Virus record (IMG/VR): IMGVR_UViG_3300032313_000668
Location: 54,252 to 118,251 of that record
Reading direction: 5' to 3' (one strand)
DNA: 64,000 nt
Origin: a virus
In this document: piece after piece, positions 56,514 through 64,000 of the stretch
How the letters are laid out: the number at the start of each line of letters is the position of its first letter
Position numbering within the stretch: the stretch's first letter is position 1
Translations under genes and position numbers: made by a program
The notes under the pieces: model-generated
What the model saw: the letters and a program-made list of their open reading frames with translations, nothing else
Database searches by the model: none
Told to the model about the DNA's origin: nothing

Positions 56514-56727
56514 TCAGCTTGTGCCACTCACGAACATCTGCAATTCCTGCACCAAAAGGAGCACCCTGCGTAACTCCAACTTCAGCTTGATACTTTTCAT
56601 TGTCGTCTAAATCAATGAGCTTCAAAATCCCGCGGGTTTGGTTATTAGGGATAGACACGACAACCGCCGTATACCTACCTTTGTCCACACTACCTTCCCA
56701 GATAGTGGTTTCGCTCTGCTCGTTCAT
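56485..56727 (-). CDS. Hypothetical protein
   Basis: ORF. Confidence 0.65.
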   Translation of the reverse strand: MNEQSETTIWEGSVDKGRYTAVVVSIPNNQTRGILKLIDLDDNEKYQAEVGVTQGAPFGAGIADVREWHKLITAWIANQS

Positions 56728-56761
56728 AGATTAATGATAACGGAATGAGAGTGCGAAGAAT

Positions 56762-57475
56762 TCACTTTTTACGTAGAGAGTTATGCCATTCGCGACCTTC
56801 TACAACGTCATTAACAAACACAGGATTTCCCAATCCCTCTGCCGCAAACCAGTCAAACCACTTAGGTGGACAGTCCACAACATCGCTTAGTAACGGGGCA
56901 AATGGCACTCCGTAGGCGTGTGCAACCATGCAAGCATGCATAGAGCCAGAGAGAACAAATCTAGCGCCAGATATCTTTTGAATGAACTCTAAGATGTCTG
57001 AATAGGTCTCAACAACAGGGCTAAAAAGTGCGTCGGCTTTTAGCTCATGAATGGTATTTGGGCTATATTCTGCAGAATCCATGATGTGTCTGACAACAAT
57101 TGCTAACCCATTTGGAGCACCCTTGGTATAGAGGTTAGGAAGCTCGTAGGCGGGGTCATGTGTCACTTTTACATCAATACCGTGCTTAGCCAATTCCCCC
57201 TGCGTATGAGGCCCGCGAGCGCCTCTAAACTCACATTGAGCAACAAGGTCGTCATCTAGCTCTTCCCCGCGCCAACCGCAGTTTATAAAGATTGGGTTAA
57301 ATCCAGCCCTAAGCGTCTCATCCATAACCTCATTACAGATGACAGACCCAATGAGGAAGTACATATTTTCAGGGTCTTGGTAGAGCTCTTCTAGCATTGC
57401 TGTTGGGTAGAGAACTTCTGCTAGAGCGTCGCCAAAGTTACGCGTTACTCCGTCAAGTTTCCACTCATAAATCAT
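56762..57475 (-). CDS. Polysaccharide pyruvyl transferase family protein
   Basis: NFGD, IGSVI, RGP.T, DPA, SMHACMVAHAYGVP. Confidence 0.8.
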   Translation of the reverse strand: MIYEWKLDGVTRNFGDALAEVLYPTAMLEELYQDPENMYFLIGSVICNEVMDETLRAGFNPIFINCGWRGEELDDDLVAQCEFRGARGPHTQGELAKHGIDVKVTHDPAYELPNLYTKGAPNGLAIVVRHIMDSAEYSPNTIHELKADALFSPVVETYSDILEFIQKISGARFVLSGSMHACMVAHAYGVPFAPLLSDVVDCPPKWFDWFAAEGLGNPVFVNDVVEGREWHNSLRKK

Positions 57476-57820
57476 TCTTCTAGTTTACCCTCACCGTGGC
57501 ATTTACAGGAGCAAACATACTGCTTTTCAGCGCTAGTAAACTCGACGATGCAACTGGTGTGATGCCCAGTGCTGCACCAACCAAATAAAGACATTAATCC
57601 TCTAACTTAGAACGAGTACGTTCCCATATGTCTAGTTTATGGATTCCCAGACCAAACGCATAGCCAATCACAAACCCACACCCTAAACCAATCAACAACA
57701 ACTCCATCACCCCTCCTTCCGTCGTCTTCGTATCATAACGGAATGAGAGGGCGAAAAATCGGGTTTTTGAATCCCTGTCATACTAAAGATACCCACTGGA
57801 CACGGGCTATGGAGGATTTT

Positions 57821-58228
57821 ATGTTTACTTACTACGTTAAAAAAGTGACCAAGATTGTTGATGGCGACACTATTGATGTTGATATTGACTTAGGCTTTAA
57901 TATCTCTTTCTCACAAAGAGTGCGACTTGCTGGCATCGATACACCAGAGTCTCGTACCACTAACAAAGCTGAGAAAGAACTTGGCCTTGAGGTAAAGAAG
58001 AAGCTTGGCGAGTTAATTGCTAGTGCTAAAACTATTGTTATTAAAACTGAGAAGCCAGACTCAACCGAGAAGTATGGTCGCATCCTTGGCTGGCTCTACT
58101 TAGATGGCGCAGAGCAGTCTGTTAACGAAGCACTAATTGCAAGTGGATACGCTTGGGGTTACATGGGTGAGACTAAGGTCAAAGACTTCGAAGCTTTAAA
58201 AGCTAAGCGAGCTACTTCTTCTTTTTAG
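57821..58228 (+). CDS. Thermonuclease (SNase) family nuclease
   Basis: IVDGDTID, RVRLAGIDTPESRT, KYGRILG. Confidence 0.9.
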   Translation: MFTYYVKKVTKIVDGDTIDVDIDLGFNISFSQRVRLAGIDTPESRTTNKAEKELGLEVKKKLGELIASAKTIVIKTEKPDSTEKYGRILGWLYLDGAEQSVNEALIASGYAWGYMGETKVKDFEALKAKRATSSF

Positions 58229-58625
58229 GAAGTCGGTCTAGCGGAATCTTTCCTTTTGGGACCTGAAACATCTCTGTTGGGGCAGGAAGAGTTTTGTGCT
58301 CTATGTAGTCTTCCTCATGCGAAAGAATGTATGTCTTACCTTCGGTAGTTGAAAAAGCTGCAGAGTTACGAACTGACTGCCACAGTTTACTTTTTTGCTC
58401 TGTGTACTCCGTGACATCTAACCATTCTGCTGGGTCATCGGTTAGCGGAGTTAGATTCTTGTAGCGCAGGAGTTGCTCAAGCACCCGAGTGGTGTATTCG
58501 GCGCTCTCACCTGTGTGGCCAAACTCAGCAAAGGTCTCAACAACTTTTACATACCAGTCAATAATCTCGGGCTCTTCCCCAACAAGCTCCAACTCATACC
58601 TGGCATGGCTTCCTAAATGACTCAT
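58212..58625 (-). CDS. Conserved phage hypothetical protein
   Basis: HA..EL...F...GH.G.SA...LTPLTDDP.EW...WQ..R. Confidence 0.75.
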   Translation of the reverse strand: MSHLGSHARYELELVGEEPEIIDWYVKVVETFAEFGHTGESAEYTTRVLEQLLRYKNLTPLTDDPAEWLDVTEYTEQKSKLWQSVRNSAAFSTTEGKTYILSHEEDYIEHKTLPAPTEMFQVPKGKIPLDRLPKKKK

Positions 58626-58697
58626 GCTTGTAATACTAGCGGAAAGAGAGCCCAAAAAAAACGAAACCCGCCTCTTTCGAAGCGGGTCTCATTTTGA

Positions 58698-58955
58698 CTA
58701 CTTTTTAGGGGGTCTTAGTCCCTTAAGTTTTGACTTTTGAAGTGTCAAGAACTTTGGCTTTTCTGCATACCTAGCCCACTCATATACAAAGATACAAAAT
58801 GCAATGAGAAGCCCGAGAGATATCGACTGCACTACGTAATAGGGAGTCGGGTCAATCAGGTAGGTGCTCCAAGGGAACGTGTACGCCACTACTGGAAACG
58901 CAATGATGTTTCCAAAAACTACAGCGACGACGATGCTCTTATATATGTTTTTCAC
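58698..58955 (-). CDS. Membrane protein
   Basis: Two TM helices; GAAGGA RBS. Confidence 0.65.
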   Translation of the reverse strand: MKNIYKSIVVAVVFGNIIAFPVVAYTFPWSTYLIDPTPYYVVQSISLGLLIAFCIFVYEWARYAEKPKFLTLQKSKLKGLRPPKK

Positions 58956-58970
58956 TATGTCATTCCTTCT

Positions 58971-59765
58971 TTAGTTGTTTGTTTCTATAATACGAGTATA
59001 TACAATCTCGCTGTTATTATTGTCTTTAGCCCAGCCACTAATGGAGATTATTGAAGTTCTATCTCCTGCTTTACCACCAGAGTGAATCATCTCATCGGGG
59101 CCTAGATAGATTCCAGAGTGGTAGGCACTGCTTGAACCTCTGTAATTAAAGGACACAATGTCTCCAATTTTAGGTTCAGTGACGATAGTTCCAGAATCTC
59201 TCTGAGTATTAGCACTGTGTCTAAGGTCTATACCCAAATTACCATATGTCCATCGGACAAGACCAGAACAGTCCCAGCCCATCGGGGTAGAGCCACTAAA
59301 CACATAAGCAGTTCTGCCAACTTGGTTTTTGACCAAGACAAGCGTCTCGTTTAGTTTTTTGGTGTTAGAAACAATGTTCTCTAGCTCAGCGATTCTTGCT
59401 TCTAATTCAGCTTGTATTCTGGCAGCTTTTTCTTCAAGAGCAGCCTGCGCCTGAGCAGCTTCCAACCTAAGCTGGTCTTTAGCGGCTTTTTCCTGAGCCA
59501 TCCAGTCATAGGAACCAACAATAGGTGCCTCTGACTTTAGGACAGGGCCCGAAGCCACCTCGGGTGATGTTACAGGTCCAGAGAGAATAACTTTCTTTTG
59601 TATAGGAGAGTTAATTACTTCAGCTGGCTTTGTTACTAGTTGTACTGATACTTCTTCGTTGCTTGGTGCAAATGCACCAGTTTCTGTTAGAGCTCCGTAT
59701 GCTGCGCTGGAGCTTGTCATTACTAGTGCGATAACACTAATTGCAATGAACCTTTTTCTTTCCAT
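58971..59765 (-). CDS. Secreted NlpC/P60 peptidoglycan endopeptidase
   Basis: Signal peptide, coiled coil, YVFSGSTP.GWDCSGL, HSGIYLG, MIHS. Confidence 0.9.
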   Translation of the reverse strand: MERKRFIAISVIALVMTSSSAAYGALTETGAFAPSNEEVSVQLVTKPAEVINSPIQKKVILSGPVTSPEVASGPVLKSEAPIVGSYDWMAQEKAAKDQLRLEAAQAQAALEEKAARIQAELEARIAELENIVSNTKKLNETLVLVKNQVGRTAYVFSGSTPMGWDCSGLVRWTYGNLGIDLRHSANTQRDSGTIVTEPKIGDIVSFNYRGSSSAYHSGIYLGPDEMIHSGGKAGDRTSIISISGWAKDNNNSEIVYTRIIETNN

Positions 59766-60075
59766 TTGGCGACCTACCTTTCCTTGGTAGTTAGTACTCG
59801 GTCGTTGAGTGTTGAGTGAGAGGTTCTCTCATCGGTGTTCTATTCAGTTATGAACCCCCAGCTTAGTGTGATTCAAATCACATCTCAACTAGAGGTTGTT
59901 CCACTTTATCATAGCGTTTCCGTTAAATGGAAGATATCTTCGGTTTATAAGTAGTGTTTAGCCCCAACTCCCCAGTAAACACCTAAAATCCCCCCTTTTT
60001 CCTTTTTGCCCCGTTTTTTCGTCTTTTTACGGAATGGGAGTCGACAAAATAGACTTTTTGTATTATTGTTTTGAT

Positions 60076-60474
60076 ATGACACTAGAGACGCACAACGGCC
60101 CCAAGTTCGATATTGACCTCGAGCGTGGGAAGGTGGGGGAAGACTCCCACAAAGAATTTCTCGTGGGTAAGCACGAAGTCAAGACTGACTACCGCACTAT
60201 TGAAACTGGCAACGTCTACATCGAATACAACCAACTCAATGGCAACGGCTACAAGCCCTCGGGCATCGAAGTCACAGAGGCTGACTTCTGGGTGCAGGCA
60301 AGCCCCAAAGGCGTAGGTGGTATCTACATAAAGACCGAGGTGCTCAGGGAGCTTATTGCCGAGAACAACTTTCCCGTCAAGCCCCAGCCAATCCGAGACG
60401 CAAACACCAACGCATCCGTTGGACACCTTATCCCCCTTACCTCCCTCCTTCAGAAACTAGGCTTCGTCCTATAA
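60076..60474 (+). CDS. PD-(D/E)xK-like phage nuclease-fold protein
   Basis: EVKTD....TGNVYIEY...PSGI..TEADFW. Confidence 0.65.
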   Translation: MTLETHNGPKFDIDLERGKVGEDSHKEFLVGKHEVKTDYRTIETGNVYIEYNQLNGNGYKPSGIEVTEADFWVQASPKGVGGIYIKTEVLRELIAENNFPVKPQPIRDANTNASVGHLIPLTSLLQKLGFVL

Positions 60475-60555
60475 CGGAATGGAAGCGCGAAAAAACGGAT
60501 TTGACTCTAACAAAGCTCTATAATACTATTTAATCACCTAAAGAAAGAGACACAA

Positions 60556-61131
60556 ATGACATCAAAGAGCAACAGCACCACAACATACATTCCAGCTAGT
60601 AGCGGTTGGTTTGCTCACCATCTAATTTGGCTACCTGTAGATGAGAACGTACACGACCAGGATTCTTGGAAGTTCTTTGTTAAGGTATCTCCTGTTGCAC
60701 TATGGGCCAAGACCGATGAAGACACAATGAATCTGGAGCCTGTAGTTCCTGACACCTCTCCTATGAGCGCCCTGCAAAACGGTGGCTTCATGTCCGCCAC
60801 AATGAACTACGCCTTTATCGGTGTCTTTCACCACGACTCGTATCGCATGGGCGATGTTGTTGCCCTATCGTACGACTACAACCCGATAGAGGTATTAGAC
60901 AGCGAATACGTTAAGGGCGGGGTGTCTAGTGACGACCTTAGCGAAATCATGATAAACATAAGAGACACTGCTTTAGACCTAAAAGAAGAAGTAGGCGAGG
61001 AAAGAAGAAAAGAGCAGTTCGCCAACAAGATGAGGCTGATGGAAGAAAAAGCAGCCATCGATGAAGAGTTACGCATAGCCACACTTGTCTTAGAGCTAAA
61101 TGAATCTGGCGGGGGCATAGCTAGCCAATAG
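60556..61131 (+). CDS. Hypothetical protein
   Basis: TTGACT/TATAAT promoter upstream (60501-60524). Confidence 0.7.
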   Translation: MTSKSNSTTTYIPASSGWFAHHLIWLPVDENVHDQDSWKFFVKVSPVALWAKTDEDTMNLEPVVPDTSPMSALQNGGFMSATMNYAFIGVFHHDSYRMGDVVALSYDYNPIEVLDSEYVKGGVSSDDLSEIMINIRDTALDLKEEVGEERRKEQFANKMRLMEEKAAIDEELRIATLVLELNESGGGIASQ

Positions 61132-61188
61132 GGGAGCGCGGAAAAACTAGTTTTAGGCTAGTGTTATGTATCTATCGAAAGGAAAGCA

Positions 61189-61371
61189 ATGCTAAGTGTG
61201 TACAGCTTTAAAGTCTCAATGGAGGTCCATGTCTTTGAGACTAATGAAGACCTAGCCCGCGAACAGCTCGACAAGTCTGGTGGGTATGTAACCCGTCGAG
61301 ACATCGAACTTGTGGCTTCAACCAACATCCCAACCACCGACCTTCCAGACGAAACCTCGTCCGACAACTAG
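61189..61371 (+). CDS. Hypothetical protein
   Basis: GAAAGGA RBS. Confidence 0.7.
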   Translation: MLSVYSFKVSMEVHVFETNEDLAREQLDKSGGYVTRRDIELVASTNIPTTDLPDETSSDN

Positions 61372-61530
61372 GAGCATCATGGCCCAGAAATCAAAGGGAA
61401 CACGCAACGACGCAAGGAACTGCGGAAAAGCCTCCAAGAAACGACCTAAGCAATTTGACCCTCAGAAACGACGCCTCGTCACCGTATAACGGAACGGGAG
61501 CGCGAAAAACTGGATTTTAGAAAGGAAGCG

Positions 61531-61740
61531 ATGTCTCAACCAAACATGTATGACTTAGCACAAGAAGAACAGATTGACACCCTAATTCGTCGAGAAAAGT
61601 ATGAAGAGGTCGCTATTGTCTATCTAGCCAAAGCACACGTCCATGCAGAGCGAAACACAGAGCAGGCGCAAGTCTACGCAACTATAGCTCAGGCTTTTGC
61701 CACCCTTGAAACCGCGAGAGCACATTGGTCTGGTAGCTAA
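61531..61740 (+). CDS. Hypothetical protein
   Basis: AGAAAGGA RBS. Confidence 0.7.
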   Translation: MSQPNMYDLAQEEQIDTLIRREKYEEVAIVYLAKAHVHAERNTEQAQVYATIAQAFATLETARAHWSGS

Positions 61741-62256
61741 ATGACAAGAGGAAAGCACAAGACGCTGTCAGAGCGTCGCAAAGAGGTATCAGAAGAGTTA
61801 AACAATCTTTCTATTCTCAAAAGACAACTGCTGGATATGACCAAAGAGAATGCTCTTTTAAAGGAGCAGATTAACTCTGACCAGCAGTCATATAAGCAGG
61901 AAGTTCGCAGGCTTAATGACCGTATCGTTGAAGGCGCTTCGGTAGAGCTAGAAGATATGCGTGAGATAAACGGCATTCTTATCTCAAAACTAAATGAGAC
62001 CAAGCAAGAGTACGAAAGCGTCCACGACAGGTGGACCAAGGCTTTTACAAACCTCAGAGAGTATGTACGAGAAATAGAAGGTCTTACCGATGTGGAGTCT
62101 TTGGAGAGAGTAATAGCACTAGTCGGGGACCCTAGTCTCAAAGACCGTGTTCTAGATGTAGGTGACTTTGCTAAGCACATTAAGAAAGACGGCCTATCTC
62201 CAGAAGATGTTAAGAAGCGAATTATTCAACTTCAAAAAGCCAGAGGCATCCGATAA
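61741..62256 (+). CDS. Coiled-coil protein
   Basis: Heptad-rich ORF. Confidence 0.7.
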   Translation: MTRGKHKTLSERRKEVSEELNNLSILKRQLLDMTKENALLKEQINSDQQSYKQEVRRLNDRIVEGASVELEDMREINGILISKLNETKQEYESVHDRWTKAFTNLREYVREIEGLTDVESLERVIALVGDPSLKDRVLDVGDFAKHIKKDGLSPEDVKKRIIQLQKARGIR

Positions 62257-62389
62257 AGCTAGTATTTATCCTATATTGTACGAAAACCGACCGTACTGTA
62301 CAATATATGAACATTAAGAATACCGTACAGGCTGTACAATCTTAGGTCTAAGAGTGTACAATGTAATCACCTAGAAAGGTAGTAAACAT

Positions 62390-62593
62390 ATGACAATCGA
62401 TTGGCAAGCACCGTTTCAGCTGGCATGGCAGTTAGGTTTGTTCCTCGCTGGAGCAATCGCTATCCTGCTAGTAATAATCGTTTCAATCTTGGTTACCTAC
62501 GGACTCGTTAAGGGTTTTGTTTTGGCAATCAAGCGAGCACGCGCTCCCAAGGAGTCTGATGCTCCTAAGAACAAGCTAAAAGCTGTCAACTAA
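62390..62593 (+). CDS. Single-pass membrane protein
   Basis: Long hydrophobic helix. Confidence 0.7.
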   Translation: MTIDWQAPFQLAWQLGLFLAGAIAILLVIIVSILVTYGLVKGFVLAIKRARAPKESDAPKNKLKAVN

Positions 62594-62856
62594 TGAGTGG
62601 GCGAGACCCTAGGCCCAAAAGCCCAGAGCGTCTTGATTTACTAAGAGTTGACTCTGCTGGTTATGTAGAGGGCTCTGTTGAAGTGACCGTAACCTACCGC
62701 TACGACTCGTGGTGTTGTAATGGCTTCCACGAAGTCGCAGACGGAGTGCAAGCAGTACACCAGATGTTAGATAAGTCAGCAGAACGCGCCCACAAAAAAC
62801 GGATTGACAAAATCAATTCAGAGTATCGAGAAATTACAGAGGACTTAGAAATCTAA
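62593..62856 (+). CDS. Hypothetical protein
   Basis: Coupled ORF. Confidence 0.65.
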   Translation: MSGRDPRPKSPERLDLLRVDSAGYVEGSVEVTVTYRYDSWCCNGFHEVADGVQAVHQMLDKSAERAHKKRIDKINSEYREITEDLEI

Positions 62857-63579
62857 ATGACCGTATTCAACTCCCACATGACCGTCGAGTTAGTCAAGCA
62901 CAGTGCTTCAGACCAGGACATCATCTTTGCTGCTCGAGTCTCAACCCAGGGCGAAAGGTCTATGAACCTCGCCACGGGGTTTTCGATGGGAGAGGTAGAG
63001 AAGAACTACGGTCTAATTAACTATCTAATGCGTGACCGACATGGCTCACCATTCGAACACTCGGTTTTCACTTTTTACGTCAAGGCTCCTATTTTTGTTT
63101 GGCGAGAGCACATGCGCCATCGCATGGCTTCCTATAACGAAGAGTCAGGACGCTATCGTCAGCTCGATGCAGAGTTTTATCTTCCAGCCAGAGACCGTAA
63201 ATTGGTCCAAGTCGGTAAGACAGGCTCTTACACGTTTGAAGATGGCACGGACGAGCAGTATGCCGTCACGGTCCAGATGTTCCGAAAGTCCTGCGAAGAT
63301 GCGTATGAGAACTACATCAACATCCTTGATTCGGGGGTAGCCCGAGAGGTGGCCCGTGGAGTGCTTCCAGTGACAATTTACTCTTCTGCATATGTCACCA
63401 TGAACGCTCGTGCTCTTATGAACTTCCTCAGCCTGCGCCAAAACGCAGAAGGTCAAACTTTCCCTTCCTTCCCCCAGCGAGAGATTGAGATGGTTGCCGA
63501 TAAGTATGAAGACATCTTTAAACAACTTATGCCACTGACCCACAAGGCTTTTGTGGAAAACGGGAGGGTCGCTCCATAG
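62857..63579 (+). CDS. thyX: Flavin-dependent thymidylate synthase
   Basis: AARVS, HGSPFEH, RHRMASYNEESGRY, REVAR..LP, NARALMNFLSLR. Confidence 0.95.
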   Translation: MTVFNSHMTVELVKHSASDQDIIFAARVSTQGERSMNLATGFSMGEVEKNYGLINYLMRDRHGSPFEHSVFTFYVKAPIFVWREHMRHRMASYNEESGRYRQLDAEFYLPARDRKLVQVGKTGSYTFEDGTDEQYAVTVQMFRKSCEDAYENYINILDSGVAREVARGVLPVTIYSSAYVTMNARALMNFLSLRQNAEGQTFPSFPQREIEMVADKYEDIFKQLMPLTHKAFVENGRVAP

Positions 63580-63788
63580 TGGGAAAGATGAAAGATAAGT
63601 TACTTGAAAGCCAATCGACTGGCTATGACAGGGGATATGTAAGTGGGTACTACGACGCTATTGCAGAGCAGTCTTGGGACTGCGGAGACTGTGGCAATAC
63701 CTATGATATTTCTGTTCAATATTGTCCTAATAAATATCTAGACCAAGCAATAGTTAACTTAAAGAGTAAAGGTGTGGGACATGAGTGA
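63579..63788 (+). CDS. Small Cys-containing hypothetical protein
   Basis: CGDCG...YCPN; coupled ORF. Confidence 0.6.
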   Translation: MGKMKDKLLESQSTGYDRGYVSGYYDAIAEQSWDCGDCGNTYDISVQYCPNKYLDQAIVNLKSKGVGHE

Positions 63789-64000
63789 AGGTATAGCCTA
63801 TTGCTACGCTCGTGTGTCTACTCAGATGCAGGTAGAAGACGGCATGAGCCTGGGTGCGCAAGAAAAGCAGCTTATCTCTGCAGCTGAAGCAGCTGGCTAC
63901 ACCCCCGTGATTCTTCGAGAGGAAGGTCGTTCAGGTAAAAGTATATCTGGTCGTCCCATTCTCAAACAAGCTCTTGAGGATTTAGATGCAGGCAAAGCAC
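63781..64000 (+). CDS. Serine recombinase/resolvase family protein (truncated by the window end)
   Basis: AYCYARVST..Q...G.SL..Q...EEG.SGK...RP.L..AL. Confidence 0.9.
   Translation, partial: MSEGIAYCYARVSTQMQVEDGMSLGAQEKQLISAAEAAGYTPVILREEGRSGKSISGRPILKQALEDLDAGKA

Larger units (their letters stand above)
55827..61510 (+). repeat. Dispersed ~24-nt repeat ATAACGGAAYGRRAGYGCGAAAAA
   Basis: Copies at 55827, 56737, 57735, 60027, 60471, 61128 (partial) and 61486. Confidence 0.85.

Noticed and set aside
55827-61510. Dispersed 24-nt repeats or promoter cassettes as a CRISPR array
   Set aside because: Copies are hundreds to thousands of bp apart, separated by genes, and there are no cas genes.
1-64000. 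Stop-codon recoding or a suppressor tRNA
   Set aside because: Conserved genes (nrdJ, thyX, pduO, portal) are intact in code 11 and all three stop codons are used. The TAG inside the odd tRNA loop is not a CTA anticodon.
63781-64000. Serine recombinase as proof of a temperate lifestyle or prophage boundary
   Set aside because: Only the first ~73 codons are visible; integrase versus resolvase cannot be distinguished and no host DNA or att site is seen.
1-64000. Reverse transcriptase system (DGR or retron), introns, or IS elements
   Set aside because: No RT motifs, template/variable repeat pairs, interrupted conserved genes or transposase were recognised.

Overview
A 64-kb segment of a large, probably lytic, tailed dsDNA phage of an actinobacterial host. 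The host call rests on DUF3039, a DUF7455-like gene, NrdH, DUF1360 and AGAAAGGA-type ribosome-binding sites. The genetic code is standard. Layout: (1) 1-14.4 kb is a minus-strand head operon with a portal, a Cys-rich DUF5824-like protein and a 3120-aa multidomain protein carrying a DnaQ-type exonuclease and a C-terminal HipA/PI3-PI4K-like kinase. (2) 14.8-38 kb is an early/host-takeover region of small genes driven by a repeated sigma-A-type promoter cassette. It includes a MoxR AAA/vWA pair, an Ntn protease, a Cys-phosphatase and a probable small terminase, and is laced with oriented short DNA motifs. (3) 39-64 kb is a mostly plus-strand region with a B12-dependent class II RNR, NrdH, dCMP deaminase, ThyX, four tRNAs, one tRNA-like RNA with a 12-nt anticodon loop, most of the eight cell-wall hydrolases, glycan-modifying enzymes and the start of a serine recombinase. 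The best candidate for an undescribed system is a phage cobalamin capture-activate-use module: a membrane-anchored transcobalamin-like protein, a PduO adenosyltransferase and NrdJ. All assignments come from motif recognition by eye; no searches were run.
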